Below are positions 39,547 through 50,368 of a DNA stretch of 64,000 nt, piece by piece (position 1 is the first letter of the stretch; every line of letters begins with the position of its first letter). The stretch spans positions 201,236 to 265,235 of the forward strand of contig CBDDDG010000014.1 in NCBI GenBank assembly GCA_965226555.1. The letters are read 5' to 3'. Source of the DNA: Salinispira sp. GTDB lineage: Bacteria > Spirochaetota > Spirochaetia > DSM-27196 > Salinispiraceae. Both the position numbers and the translations under genes were made by a program. Below the pieces are notes generated by a model, which saw nothing but the letters and a program-made list of their open reading frames with translations, did no database searches and was not told where the DNA came from.

Positions 39547-40404
39547 TTAGTCAATAATGGTACCTGTTGTTACTATTCCATCTTCATCATACCCAATAAA
39601 GCTATCGGCAGCATAAATTATGCCGTCAATTTCTGTATTCTCAGCAAGAACGGCAAATTGTATCTTATCAGTTCCGTCGTGAAAGAACGTATCATAATTG
39701 GCAGCGTACAGAACACCATTAATTTCAGTGTCTTCTGCCAGAATTCCGTAGTTTGTGAGACCGGACTGATGAAGAGTAAGTATGGTATTTTCAGCATAGA
39801 GAATTCCATTATTCACTGTATCTTCAACAAGTGTTCCGCTGTTCAATACGCCTGAAGAGTAAAAATAGGTCATTACTCCAGAAGCAATAGTGATACCGTC
39901 AATCTCGGTATCTTCAACGAGAGTAGCCCTGCGCAGCTGACTGTTTTCGTAGAACATAACTTCTGTATGAGCAGCGTACAATAGACCGTCAATTTCCGTA
40001 TCTTCGGCGAGAGTGGCAGTAATTACGTGTTCGTCATTGTAGAATGAGATATATGAATCGGCGGCGTACAGTACACCGTCAATTTCTGTATCTTCAGCGA
40101 GAACACCAGAAATTACCTGTCCGTTATTGTAGAACGAGATAGATGAATCGGCGGCGTATAGTACACCGTCAAATTCTGTATCTTCAGCGAGAACACCGTC
40201 AACTCTTTCCGGTTCGACGTCAGCATTGCCTGCGTCACGATCTCCTGAATCATGATCTCCTGAGTCAGCATCGCCATCGTCTGTCATATCGACAATATCC
40301 CGTAAGTCTCCACCCATATCTTCTAAAAGACTGGGGGTATCACAGGAAGTGATTACGATGAATAAGATAGTGATTAAAGCACATAGTTTAAATAATTGAG
40401 ACAT
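39547..40404 (-). CDS. Acidic lipoprotein with ~31-aa beta repeats
   Basis: Lipobox ITSC; repeats of LAEDTEIDGxxYAAxxxxxFY. Confidence 0.8.
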   Translation of the reverse strand: MSQLFKLCALITILFIVITSCDTPSLLEDMGGDLRDIVDMTDDGDADSGDHDSGDRDAGNADVEPERVDGVLAEDTEFDGVLYAADSSISFYNNGQVISGVLAEDTEIDGVLYAADSYISFYNDEHVITATLAEDTEIDGLLYAAHTEVMFYENSQLRRATLVEDTEIDGITIASGVMTYFYSSGVLNSGTLVEDTVNNGILYAENTILTLHQSGLTNYGILAEDTEINGVLYAANYDTFFHDGTDKIQFAVLAENTEIDGIIYAADSFIGYDEDGIVTTGTIID

Positions 40405-40789
40405 ATTTGCCTCCCTTTTGAGATAGATTGTACTATACGAAAGTTTTACTACTGGAAATTATGCACGCACAATTTTCCAACGCAAAAGTTTCTATACGTA
40501 CATTGAGAAATGTATCGCAATTACAGAAAAAAACACGGTCAATGTATTTTTTTATAATTCGATGACTGCCGGGCTGAATTCCCGCAGGGGAGGCAATGTT
40601 TCAGGGTAGGGGTAGAAGGGATATCTGCCATGTGTTTTGCGAATACGCACTTTTTACCATGCTGTCTATATGTGGTTCTGAATTCGCATTTTTGCTCGCC
40701 CTGTAGTTGACATACGGCTGAATGTGTAGTAATATGTAAGAGAAACTTTTATAGAATTCGAAATACACAGAATTTTCGATATTCAAAGG

Positions 40790-42484
40790 ATGATGTATAT
40801 GATTCTCAGATTGATACTTACCGTAATTGTTGCAGCGCTGGTACTCAGCGGATGCCCAATGCCGGAGGCTCCCCCTGCCATGTTTGCGCCAGCCCTCATA
40901 GCGGGAGACGGACAACTTACAGCCTCATGGGCTGAGCTCACCGCTATATGGAATGCGGTAATCGACAAGCCGGGCAACGCCATTACCTCGTACAACCTCC
41001 GCTATGGTGAATTTGGCAGCGAAAGCTGGACGGAAATTACCTCCGGTATTACCGGCGTAAGCCACGTCATTAGCGAGCTGACAAACGGCGTCAGTTATGT
41101 TGTTCAGGTACGCGCCGTCAACGCTGGAGGTGCGGGCACGTGGTCAGCATCTTCCAAAGAAACGCCTCTTGCTTCCCTTCCTGCCGCGCTGGCTGCTCCC
41201 ACCCTTGTTGCGGGAGACGGTCAACTGACCGTTACATGGACGGCGCCGACTGATACCGGCGGCAGCGACATTAGCGCATACCACCTGCGCTATAGGGAAT
41301 ACGGCAGCGGAAGCTGGGAAATTATTACCGAAGGCATTGACGGTACAAGCCACGTCATTAGCGACCTGACAAACGGCACTGTCTATGAGGTACAGGCGCG
41401 AGCGGTCAACGCGGACGGAGGAATTGGCGCATGGTCGGAATCTGCCGCTACACCCCTCTCTCTCCCCGCCGCTGTTCCTGACGCGCCGGCTGCCCCAACC
41501 CTTTATGCGGGCACTGGGCGGATCGTTGCGAGATGGGCTGCGCCGGACGATAACGGCAGCGCCATTACCGGGTATGAGCTGATATATCGCGAAGTCGGCG
41601 TAACCGCATGGACGGCTGCTTCCGGCTTCACCGGCACAGACCACACCTACGCCATGACAAACCTGACAAACGGTGCTCTCTACCACGTGCATGCGCGCGC
41701 CTTCAACGCGGAGGGCACTGGACCCTGGTCTGCACCCGCAACGGAATCGCCGATATCATTTTCTCGGATAGGGACTCCTACAGAGGAGGAAAATTCTATA
41801 AGAATTTTGGCTGCCGATAATGCCATTAATACTGCCAGTATTGCCAATGAGAACCTCAGCATTTTATTGACCATGGGTACTCACGCGGTCAATGGAGGAG
41901 ACATTACGATAAGCACCGTAACTCCGCCCGGAATGGTCACCCCGCCGACAGTTAATGCGAGTACCGGAATTGTTACGGTTACCGCGGGTACAACGGCAGG
42001 AACATATCTGGTATATGGTGAAACAGAAACCGGAGACATAGTCTTTGCCGAGTATCTCTATGTTACCGAGAGTCCAACATCTAACGCTGAACTGAGCGCA
42101 GCGGTAACTACGGGAATATCAACATGGGGCAATACTGGCAATTTCAACTACATTATTACCACGGCAGTAACGAATATGAGCGCTACCTTCGCTAACAAAA
42201 ACACATTCAATGGCGATATCTCGCTCTGGGATACTACAGCGGTAACGACTATGAACAGTATGTTCCAGTTTGCATCCGTTTTCAATATCGATATCTCCGA
42301 CTGGGATGTCAGTAATGTAATGAATATGGGCAGGATATTCGATGGTGCAAGCGCATTCAGTCAAGATCTTGAGGAATGGGGGGAGCATCTGACGCTTAAT
42401 GACAGTGGCAAATATACCGGAACCAAAAACAATATGTTTACAAGTTCCGGTGTGACAGGTAGTCTGGTGCCGTCATGGTATTAG
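40790..42484 (+). CDS. Lipoprotein with three fibronectin type III domains and DUF285/BspA-like repeats
   Basis: Lipobox LSGC; LTNGxxYxVQxRAVN motifs; FNGDISxWD repeats. Confidence 0.88.
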   Translation: MMYMILRLILTVIVAALVLSGCPMPEAPPAMFAPALIAGDGQLTASWAELTAIWNAVIDKPGNAITSYNLRYGEFGSESWTEITSGITGVSHVISELTNGVSYVVQVRAVNAGGAGTWSASSKETPLASLPAALAAPTLVAGDGQLTVTWTAPTDTGGSDISAYHLRYREYGSGSWEIITEGIDGTSHVISDLTNGTVYEVQARAVNADGGIGAWSESAATPLSLPAAVPDAPAAPTLYAGTGRIVARWAAPDDNGSAITGYELIYREVGVTAWTAASGFTGTDHTYAMTNLTNGALYHVHARAFNAEGTGPWSAPATESPISFSRIGTPTEEENSIRILAADNAINTASIANENLSILLTMGTHAVNGGDITISTVTPPGMVTPPTVNASTGIVTVTAGTTAGTYLVYGETETGDIVFAEYLYVTESPTSNAELSAAVTTGISTWGNTGNFNYIITTAVTNMSATFANKNTFNGDISLWDTTAVTTMNSMFQFASVFNIDISDWDVSNVMNMGRIFDGASAFSQDLEEWGEHLTLNDSGKYTGTKNNMFTSSGVTGSLVPSWY

Positions 42485-42810
42485 TTTCATAGCCCATAGC
42501 CCGCAGCGGCTAATGAAACATGGCAATTCAACTCAGGCGCAGGCATGGGGCGCAGACCAGCCCCGTGCCTGCCTTTTTTTGATTGCTCGCCCATGCGACT
42601 GTTGCTGAGACGGGGGCTGGTCGGAGATCCGCCGAGCCTGCTCGCCCGGGCAATCCGGCTCGCCATGCGGCGGATCAGGTTAATATCTCATGTGGAATGC
42701 TGTCTTTGTGCTGAGCATTCTCCTATTTTATAGAAAGTTTCTATACCTTGAGAGAATCAAGAATATTACAAAGTTTTGCCTGTGGCAAAACTTTGTAACA
42801 TCCCCAAAAT
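42483..42810 (+). repeat. Terminator plus family G and family P modules
   Basis: Homologous to 2030-2325; GCAGGCATGGGG...CCCCGTGCCTGC-T7. Confidence 0.75.
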
Positions 42811-42872
42811 AATAGAAACTTTTTGAAAAACTTTCTCATATTCACCATTCATATTTCACCCGTCTATATGGT

Positions 42873-43109
42873 ATGAGCAAAAAATATATCGGCATGGTAC
42901 ATGACAAAAGTTGGAAATATGCTTTCGAAAATTCTCAGATATTCCGGAACTTCATATATTCATACTTCAACAAGGACCTCGCGCTGAGCATTGTTCCAGG
43001 GAGCATAGAGCGTATCGACTCAGAGCATACCAGCCCCTCCTCATTCCTGTCTCCCCGAAAAAAATCACACATTTTGCAAAATTCTTTCAAATTCTCTCAA
43101 AAAACATAG
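42873..43109 (+). pseudogene. 5' fragment of an Rpn type A gene
   Basis: HDKSWKYAFENSQIFRNFI Rpn N-terminal motif; diverges after IDSEH. Confidence 0.75.
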
Positions 43110-43277
43110 TCAAAAATGACTTTTTACCCGTCACAGATTATAGAGGGGAGAATTCACCATGGGACCATGTCGCCATGGGAGCTCCCCTATTCAGAAAGAA
43201 ACGTTCAGAAATTTTTGCATTGGAAAATTGTGCTTGCACAATTTCCAGTAGCAAAACTTTCGTTCAGGAGGAATTAT

Positions 43278-44342
43278 ATGATCGATTTCAAAGAAAAACC
43301 CGCCCCCGTTCCCTACGACCAAGGCTACCGCTCCCTGCTGTTCCAACCCGCAATAATGCTCCAATTTCTTCAACGCTTTGTCGGAGGCGCATGGACGAAA
43401 AAACTGCGAACCGAGGACATAACCATTGAAAACGGTACCTTTTTCATCGACCATGCGAAAACACGGATGGCCGACATCGTCTGCAAAATCAGAACTCGGG
43501 ATCACACGGGAGATGTTGTCATTTATGTGCTCCTTGAGCATCAGTCTGGAGTGGACAAAGACATGCCCCTCCGCATGTCGGAGTACACGAATCTGCTCTA
43601 TCGGAACATTCATCGCTCCGGAGCAATTCCCGATGACTGCGAATTGATATTTCTGCCCATTGTGTTCTATAATGGCACGAGAAAATGGAAGGTGCCCGGG
43701 AATGTCAGGGAGCAACGGAAGCGGGAATTCCCGCAGTATCTTGCCCCCTTTCCTTACGATCTTATTAGCGAGAGCGATTATTCTGCGGAGCAGTTGCAGC
43801 AGCGGGGAAGAATGTTTGCGGCTGTTATGTACCTTGATCTGTACTCGAAAAATCTGCTGAATACGGATTGGGACATTCGGATAGTAGAGAAAGCGATAGC
43901 AGAAATGCTGAATGAGGAATCGCTGGAGCTGATAAAGGAATTTATCGGCGTGGTAGATTCGATGTTCGGAATTGTTATAGACTTTGACACGCTAATGAAC
44001 CAGTTAGAAAGAACAAAAGAACCGAGAGGTAAGGAGGTAGCGAAAATGTTCAGAATGAATGCGGAAACATTCAAAGCCCGCATTGCGGAAATGGGTCGGC
44101 AGGAAGGCCGCGAAGAAGGACTTCAGACAGGTCGGCAGGAAGGATTGCAAGAAGGACTTCAAACAGGATTGCAGACAGGTCGGCAGGAAGGACTACAGAC
44201 AGGCCGCGCGGAGGGGCATATTGAGGAACGGAGAAAAAACGCCCGCAGTATGTTTTTGGAAGGGTTGTCGACAGAGGCTGTTCAGAGGATTACCGGGCTG
44301 AGCGATGAGGAAATGCGGACAGTGCGGAACGGATCGCATTAA
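43278..44342 (+). CDS. Intact Rpn-family PD-(D/E)XK nuclease
   Basis: SD AGGAGG; YDQGYR, ADIVC, LLEHQS, MPLRM and PIVFYNG motifs; GRQEG repeats. Confidence 0.9.
   Translation: MIDFKEKPAPVPYDQGYRSLLFQPAIMLQFLQRFVGGAWTKKLRTEDITIENGTFFIDHAKTRMADIVCKIRTRDHTGDVVIYVLLEHQSGVDKDMPLRMSEYTNLLYRNIHRSGAIPDDCELIFLPIVFYNGTRKWKVPGNVREQRKREFPQYLAPFPYDLISESDYSAEQLQQRGRMFAAVMYLDLYSKNLLNTDWDIRIVEKAIAEMLNEESLELIKEFIGVVDSMFGIVIDFDTLMNQLERTKEPRGKEVAKMFRMNAETFKARIAEMGRQEGREEGLQTGRQEGLQEGLQTGLQTGRQEGLQTGRAEGHIEERRKNARSMFLEGLSTEAVQRITGLSDEEMRTVRNGSH
44046..44342 (+). CDS. Intragenic small Rpn C-terminal protein (RpnS-like antitoxin)
   Basis: In-frame TAAGGAGGT-N7-ATG inside the Rpn gene. Confidence 0.7.
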   Translation: MFRMNAETFKARIAEMGRQEGREEGLQTGRQEGLQEGLQTGLQTGRQEGLQTGRAEGHIEERRKNARSMFLEGLSTEAVQRITGLSDEEMRTVRNGSH

Positions 44343-44490
44343 TTGGCGCTGCTCGGCCTGCGTGCAGAGCGGATAATATCAACATTTTGCTCAACCTCAC
44401 ATACCAGTTCCTTCAGGAATGCTCAGATATTTCGGAACTTCATCTGGAAAGTTCTGCGGTTTGCATGTATATAATCCATGAAGGAATGAA

Positions 44491-45654
44491 TTGATGCACG
44501 TAGATAACATTATAGTTGGAGCGGGGCCAATTGGTATTGAGCTCGCGGCAAATTTTGCGCGCCTTGGTCTTTCATGGATACATTTTGAACAGGGATCCCT
44601 TGCCGATACTATTTATCGCTGGCCGAAAAACACGCCGTTTTTCAGCAGCCCCGAACGGGTTGCTATTGCCGGTATACCGCTGCACAGCACTCATCAGAGT
44701 ATGCTTACCGGTGAGGAATACATGGCCTATCTGCGGGGAGTTGTTGAGTATTTTGATCTGGATATCCGGCTTGAGCACCGGGTTATTTCTGCCCGGCGAG
44801 GCAAAAATGAGGAAGCGGCCTTCGTACTGAGGGGAGAACACAGGGGCAGAAGAGAAGCCTACAGCTGTAACAAGCTTTTTCTTGTTCATGGGAACATGCA
44901 CGAACATCGCCGGCTTGGTATTCCCGGAGAAGATCTGCCTCACGTTGATCATTATCATGATGATGTACACCGCTATTTCCGCAGTCGGCTCCTCATTGTC
45001 GGGGCGCGGAATTCCGGAGTTGAGGCAGCAATTCGGGCATGGAGGGCAGGAGCCGAAGTAACACTTCTTCAGCGTAAACCTGCCCTTGAAGAAAAACGGC
45101 TGAACAGCCGGTATTTTCTTGAAATATCCATTCTCATCAGAAAGAAAAAAATCACCTTTATTCCCGGCGCCGAACTCTGTGAAATTACCCGCAATGGAGT
45201 GAAGTATCGGCAAAATCGGATCGACCCCGCCAGCGCAGCCAAGGCCGACATCGCACATTCAGAGGAATCGCGTTCGCCACATTCCCTAAGTCCTCATAAA
45301 ACCGAAGCGGCGGTACAGGAAAGAATGGCCGATTTTGTTCTGCTCTGCACAGGTTTTGAAAAGGACATCAGTCTGCTCCGTGAACTTGGGGTTGAGCTTG
45401 ATGATGAACTGCGCCCGAACCTTAATCCGCAGACCATGGAGACCAATGTGCCCGGGCTGTATCTCGCGGGAACTGCCGCAGGGGGCGGAGTGCGGTCATA
45501 TCGGATTTTTGTCGGCACCAGCCATGTTCATGTTGAGCGTATTATACGCGCCGCCTGCTCTGCGAAGGCAGTTGTGGGGGGCTACGCCCCTCGGGTATAC
45601 CCCTTCAATTATCACGATCTTGAACCGGTGGAAGGAAAGGCGGAATACGATTGA
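44491..45654 (+). CDS. YpdA-family FAD/NADPH disulfide oxidoreductase
   Basis: GAGPIG, FFSSPE, GIPGEDLPHV and ETNVPGLYLAG motifs. Confidence 0.85.
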   Translation: MMHVDNIIVGAGPIGIELAANFARLGLSWIHFEQGSLADTIYRWPKNTPFFSSPERVAIAGIPLHSTHQSMLTGEEYMAYLRGVVEYFDLDIRLEHRVISARRGKNEEAAFVLRGEHRGRREAYSCNKLFLVHGNMHEHRRLGIPGEDLPHVDHYHDDVHRYFRSRLLIVGARNSGVEAAIRAWRAGAEVTLLQRKPALEEKRLNSRYFLEISILIRKKKITFIPGAELCEITRNGVKYRQNRIDPASAAKADIAHSEESRSPHSLSPHKTEAAVQERMADFVLLCTGFEKDISLLRELGVELDDELRPNLNPQTMETNVPGLYLAGTAAGGGVRSYRIFVGTSHVHVERIIRAACSAKAVVGGYAPRVYPFNYHDLEPVEGKAEYD

Positions 45655-45667
45655 TATTGTTTTCCTT

Positions 45668-45961
45668 CTACGCCCCTCGAACAAAATCGATGAGCACGAT
45701 CATTGCCGGAATAAACACTGAGATCCCAATGAGCCAGTTTCTGTTACTTTTCCTGACATCATCGACACTTTTCTTAACCCCGGCAATATCCGCAATAATA
45801 CATTTTTGATTCGCTTCGAGAGTCGCGACCTGCGCCGTCATGGAAAGCTGCCATTCCTTATCTATTCCATAGGCTCTGCTCACCGGATGTTTCCTCGCCG
45901 ACTTTTTCCGTTCTCCTGATGCTTCCCGCGTTACACTTAAAGACATGCGCACCTCCTCCAT
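45668..45961 (-). CDS. Small coiled-coil protein with C-terminal TM segment
   Basis: SD GGAGG before the ATG near 45946; NWLIGISVFIPAMIVL. Confidence 0.55.
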   Translation of the reverse strand: MEEVRMSLSVTREASGERKKSARKHPVSRAYGIDKEWQLSMTAQVATLEANQKCIIADIAGVKKSVDDVRKSNRNWLIGISVFIPAMIVLIDFVRGA

Positions 45962-46016
45962 GTGCTATAAATATAGCCATTTTTACATAATGTGTCAATG
46001 CAATGTTCTATTATGT

Positions 46017-47482
46017 CAGAACTTCCCCAACAATTTTTTTGACGGGATTTTGACAGAATAATGGAGGGAGATTTTGCCCCTTGAGCAGTGAGTATGTGGC
46101 GGGAATACCGGGCGCATAGACCACCCCCGCCGCAGAACCGCTGGTCTGCGTTGATTGTGTGTCGGTTATATGCAAGAAATCAACTCGGTAGACTGCCCTC
46201 GAAAACGACCGATTGTTCACTACTTAGCTCAACACAGACATCCCTCCTGTGCGAATCTGCCATTTTATTCCCTTCCATATCCACCGCCCTGTTATTTTCC
46301 ATGTTCGCTTAACAGGAAGCGTTTTTGTTACGACGCTCGCCAGCACATGGTTGATACTGGTGAGAAAATTGACCCCCATGGCAATGCAGCACAACAAACA
46401 CACAGCGGCGATCTTGTTATGCGTCCGCACTCTCTTGGTGCCGGTAAGATACGACATGCGCTTAAACTCATCATTCTCTATGCTCCACCGCAGGTGCGCA
46501 GCTTCCCGCGCAGCAGGCAATGACAGATGTACATCACTCGTAATTACCCAGAACGTCTCCTTCCCTTCAGTGACCCGCAGCACCAGCACCGGCACACCAT
46601 GCCATTCGTCAGGCACTGCCTCAATCTGGTAACTCGTTGATCGTTGATAATCATACCCGCTCGCGGTTTGGACTGCATCACTATAGAACCCCTGATGTTC
46701 CATATAGCGGGCTGCGCGATCAAGGAGCAACCGCTCATGTTTCCGCGGAGTGCCATCCCGCTTTACCGAACGAAATTTCACCAGAATATGACGCTTTAAT
46801 TTTGCGCAGATCAGATGAAGAAAGGGCTCACACAGGTAGAGCCCATCGAAACTTAACAATTGCGGCAGGGTATCTCCTTCCCTCAAAAGCATTTCTTCAG
46901 ACCCGCGCAGTTCGTGCCCTCTGCCCTTCATCGGTCTCACAACCTGCACATACGTTCCTGTCTTTGTCGGTCGCGCCAGCACGGTGAACCAGACGCTCCC
47001 GAAGACACAGGTGCCATCGACAATACCGATACTCCGATGAACTCCCGTGTCCAAATAACACGATTCTTCAGTGTCACTCACTGACAACTTCATACTGGTT
47101 CCCACCATCGTCGTCCACTTCATCCGGTATGATCTGAGAAATCACCCGTTGTATGGTGCTGTCGGAACCGACCATATACCGTTTGCTGCCGAGTAACTTC
47201 CGAACATGTTTATTCCGAGCCAGATAATCGAGATCAAACAGACTCTTGCATGAAAAATAATGGCATCGATATAATGAGAGCCATTATTTGTGATAGCTGA
47301 ACAACCGGTCGTTTCCGAGGGTCGGTTAAATTGGTTGTTTTTCAGCATCTGTCCGAGCCTTTGAATAAAGGTTCGGGCAACACTTTTTTTCTGAGAACAC
47401 ATAGTCCCCCTCCCATAGTAGATCATAAATGTGTATGAGAATTCCTGCAATGGTCTGAAAAAAACTTGTTGGGGAAGTTCTG
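46017..47482 (-). mobile_element. IS4-superfamily/ISNCY-like element with degraded transposase
   Basis: TIRs CAGAACTTCCCCAACAA; 9-bp TSD CTATTATGT; transposase 46224..47123 (VDGT, FDGLY, RWSIEN) with a frameshifted N-terminus starting near 47402. Confidence 0.85.
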
Positions 47483-47620
47483 CTATTATGTAACCCGACC
47501 CTCTGCGCTCCCGACCATCCTGCATCGCCAAAAAAATACAGCGGAAAGAGCTTGACAGAATTGTTAACATGGATTAACTATATTACATTGTTTAATTGAA
47601 AGCTTATTGTAGGAGGATGC

Positions 47621-48649
47621 ATGCGGCACACATTATTTTTGCTGATATTCATTGCGCTGATTTCTCCGGTGCTTTGTGCCGGCGGGTCGGGTGAGGAGAC
47701 GGAACAGGTAAACGTGTACAGTCATCGTCACTATGATGCCGATCAGAAACTATTCGACCAGTTTACCGCAGAAACGGGGATTCAGGTACATGTGGTGAAG
47801 GCAGGCGCCGATGAACTCATTGAACGTCTTCGTGCGGAAGGCGAGCGGAGCCCTGCCGATTTTCTCATTACTGTCGATGTCAGCCGTCTCTACCGGGCAA
47901 AACAGCTTGGGCTCTTTCAGGCAGTTTCATCGCCCCTGCTTAACAGGATCGTTCCGGCTCATCTCCGCGATCCGGACGGATACTGGTATGCTCTCACAAA
48001 GCGCGCGCGGGTCATTGTCGTTGATAGATCGCGCCGAGCCGTAGAACGTATGGATTATGAAGATTTGGCGCATTCTGCTCTGGACGGCACAGTCCTTATC
48101 CGCAGCAGCTCAAATGTGTATAATATCAGCCTCCTTGCTTCCATTATCGCGCATAATGGGGAAACTGCCGCCCGTTCTTGGGCACAGGGAGTGGTTGCGC
48201 ATATGGCGCGGCCGCCGCAGGGAAATGACCGTGATCAGATGAAGGCTCTTGTTGCCGGTGTGGGAGATTATGCTGTTGTCAACACCTATTATATTGGTCT
48301 GCTGCGTAATTCTGATGATCCTGCCGAACAGGCGGTGGGTGAAAAAATTGGGGTGATTTTTCCTAATCAGGATAACAGGGGAACCCATGTAAATGTAAGC
48401 GGCGCGGGGGTCACTCGTCATGCGCCGAACCGAGACAATGCCCTGCGGCTTATGGAATTTCTTCTGAGTGAAGAAGCGCAGAAGGTCTACGCCGAACAAA
48501 ATTATGAATATCCGGTAAATCCCAATGTTGTACCGGGGGAACTCGTGAGGACTTGGGGAACATTTATTGAGGACTCTCTTAAACTCAATGAAATTGGAAG
48601 GGAGTATGATCAGGCGCTCCGCATATTCGATTCCGCGGGTTGGAAATAG
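47621..48649 (+). CDS. fbpA: Fe3+ ABC transporter substrate-binding protein
   Basis: VYSHRHY, SPAD, RARVIV, GNDRDQ, NTYY and NYEYP motifs. Confidence 0.92.
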   Translation: MRHTLFLLIFIALISPVLCAGGSGEETEQVNVYSHRHYDADQKLFDQFTAETGIQVHVVKAGADELIERLRAEGERSPADFLITVDVSRLYRAKQLGLFQAVSSPLLNRIVPAHLRDPDGYWYALTKRARVIVVDRSRRAVERMDYEDLAHSALDGTVLIRSSSNVYNISLLASIIAHNGETAARSWAQGVVAHMARPPQGNDRDQMKALVAGVGDYAVVNTYYIGLLRNSDDPAEQAVGEKIGVIFPNQDNRGTHVNVSGAGVTRHAPNRDNALRLMEFLLSEEAQKVYAEQNYEYPVNPNVVPGELVRTWGTFIEDSLKLNEIGREYDQALRIFDSAGWK

Positions 48650-48658
48650 GAGAGAGTT

Positions 48659-50368
48659 TTGCAGGATCGTAAGCTCCGACCAGCCCGGACGCATGGCGAG
48701 CAGGAGCGTAAGCTCCGACCAGCCCGGACGCATGGCGAGCAGGAGCGCAAGCTCCGACCAGCCCGGACGCATGGCGAGCAGGAGCGCAAGCTCCGACCAG
48801 CCCGGATGTGGAGCATTGCCCTCATCATTATCTGCGCATTCCTCCTCTTACCGCTTATTACTCCTCTGTTGGCGGTGTTTTCTCCTGTTTCCGAACTCTG
48901 GCGCTACTTTGCCGATACCCTCCTGTGGACCTATACCCTCGATACCATTATTCTCTGCGCAGGAGTGCTGTTTTGCGCAAGCATTCTCGGCCTTGTGCCG
49001 GCATGGCTCCTCAGCCGATACCGAGTACCCTTCCGCAATGTTCTTGAAACAATCCTCATATTGCCGCTCGCCCTTCCTGCCTACATAACCGCCTATGCCT
49101 ATTCAGGAACATTCGACTTTCACGGCCCCCTCTGGAAGCTGGGAACCCAGCTTGGTATTTCCGCGGAACTGCTGGGCAGGTTCGGCATAGGTAACATGGC
49201 GGGGCTTATTTTCATTATGAGCAGCGCATTATATCCCTACGTATTTCTCATTGTACGCGGCAGCCTTCGCTTTCAGCTCACCTCACCGCTCAACGCCGCC
49301 CAGAGCCTGGGGGCTGGTCAAATCCGGCAGTTCTTCGGACTTTCTCTCCCGCTGTGCCGACCCGCCCTCTTTGGCGCTCTGGGCATTGTGCTTATGGAAA
49401 CGCTCAACGAATACGGAGCTGTGGACTATCTGGGGCAAACGACCCTCTCAACAGGCATATTCAGAATCTGGTTTGGTCATTACGATCTTCCTGCTGCGCA
49501 GCGTCTGGGCGGGCTTCTTCTGTTTACGGTGTTCATTCTTCTTGCAGCTGAAGGTTTTCTGCGGGGAGGGCGGCAGTATGATCCGAAAAACCGCAGAGAA
49601 CTCGAAAAACTTCCCTGTTCACCGGCGAAGGCGGGGCTTTTCTGCATCATTTCCCTTCTTCCCGCGCTGCTCGGCTTCTTTTTTCCGCTTCTCCAGCTTG
49701 CGGTCTGGGTTCCGCGGGCGCTCCCCGGCGCGCAGTGGAGCGATCTCCTCGAAGGTCTGCTAAACACGCTGCAGTTGGCAGTCTTCACCGGATTTTTCAT
49801 TACCGTTTTGGGCGTCCTTGTTTCGTTCATGCGGAAAGTTGAGAAAAACGCTTTTCTGCGCAAAATTTCCGACCTTTCCCTGCTGGGCTACAGTTTGCCC
49901 GGCTCAATTATTGCGTTGGGGATGCTCGGCATCAGTCGGGGGCTGACGAACATGAATGTTCCCATCGTGCTGAGCGGAAGCATATTCCTTCTCATCTATG
50001 CCTATGTTGTTCGGTTTCTTGCGCTGAGTCAACGATCCATATCTGCCGTCATGCTGCATCAGCTCAAAACACAGGATGATGCAAGCCGCAGCCTCGGCTA
50101 CAGTTCTTGGCAGACACTTCTGAGAGTTCATCTGCCGAATCTCAAGCTGCCGATACGCGCTGCGCTATCGGTTATTTTTCTGGAAACAATAAAAGAACTG
50201 CCGCTGACCATTATCCTGCGTCCCTTCAATTTTCAGACCCTCGCCGTCCGTTCCTATCAGCTTGCTTCCGATGAAATGATTCAGGAAGCATCGATCCCAT
50301 CGTTGCTGCTTGTCATTGTTGCGGTATGTGCTATGTTCATACTGCGGAGAAATGCGGAGGCAGAATGA
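48659..50368 (+). CDS. fbpB: Fe3+ ABC transporter permease
   Basis: LPLALPAY, YPYVFL, EAA-like loops and KELPLT; TTG start with AGGAG (alternative ATG at 48806). Confidence 0.9.
   Translation: MQDRKLRPARTHGEQERKLRPARTHGEQERKLRPARTHGEQERKLRPARMWSIALIIICAFLLLPLITPLLAVFSPVSELWRYFADTLLWTYTLDTIILCAGVLFCASILGLVPAWLLSRYRVPFRNVLETILILPLALPAYITAYAYSGTFDFHGPLWKLGTQLGISAELLGRFGIGNMAGLIFIMSSALYPYVFLIVRGSLRFQLTSPLNAAQSLGAGQIRQFFGLSLPLCRPALFGALGIVLMETLNEYGAVDYLGQTTLSTGIFRIWFGHYDLPAAQRLGGLLLFTVFILLAAEGFLRGGRQYDPKNRRELEKLPCSPAKAGLFCIISLLPALLGFFFPLLQLAVWVPRALPGAQWSDLLEGLLNTLQLAVFTGFFITVLGVLVSFMRKVEKNAFLRKISDLSLLGYSLPGSIIALGMLGISRGLTNMNVPIVLSGSIFLLIYAYVVRFLALSQRSISAVMLHQLKTQDDASRSLGYSSWQTLLRVHLPNLKLPIRAALSVIFLETIKELPLTIILRPFNFQTLAVRSYQLASDEMIQEASIPSLLLVIVAVCAMFILRRNAEAE
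48661..48806 (+). repeat. 39-bp tandem repeat (about 3.7 copies) of a family G module
   Basis: CGYAAGCTCCGACCAGCCCGGACGCATGGCGAGCAGGAG units without spacers. Confidence 0.9.

Noticed and set aside
43116..43277. Extended N-terminus of Rpn from the ORF track (also the starts at 35562, 56616 and 61204)
   Set aside because: These run through repeat or leader DNA or overlap upstream genes; better SD-led or coupled starts exist for most
47552..47590. Iron-regulator operator upstream of fbpA
   Set aside because: TTGACA and a weak GTTAAC...TTAAC dyad are present, but there is no convincing Fur/DtxR consensus
48661..48806. Possible CRISPR array (39-bp repeats)
   Set aside because: Units are contiguous with no spacers, and no cas genes are present
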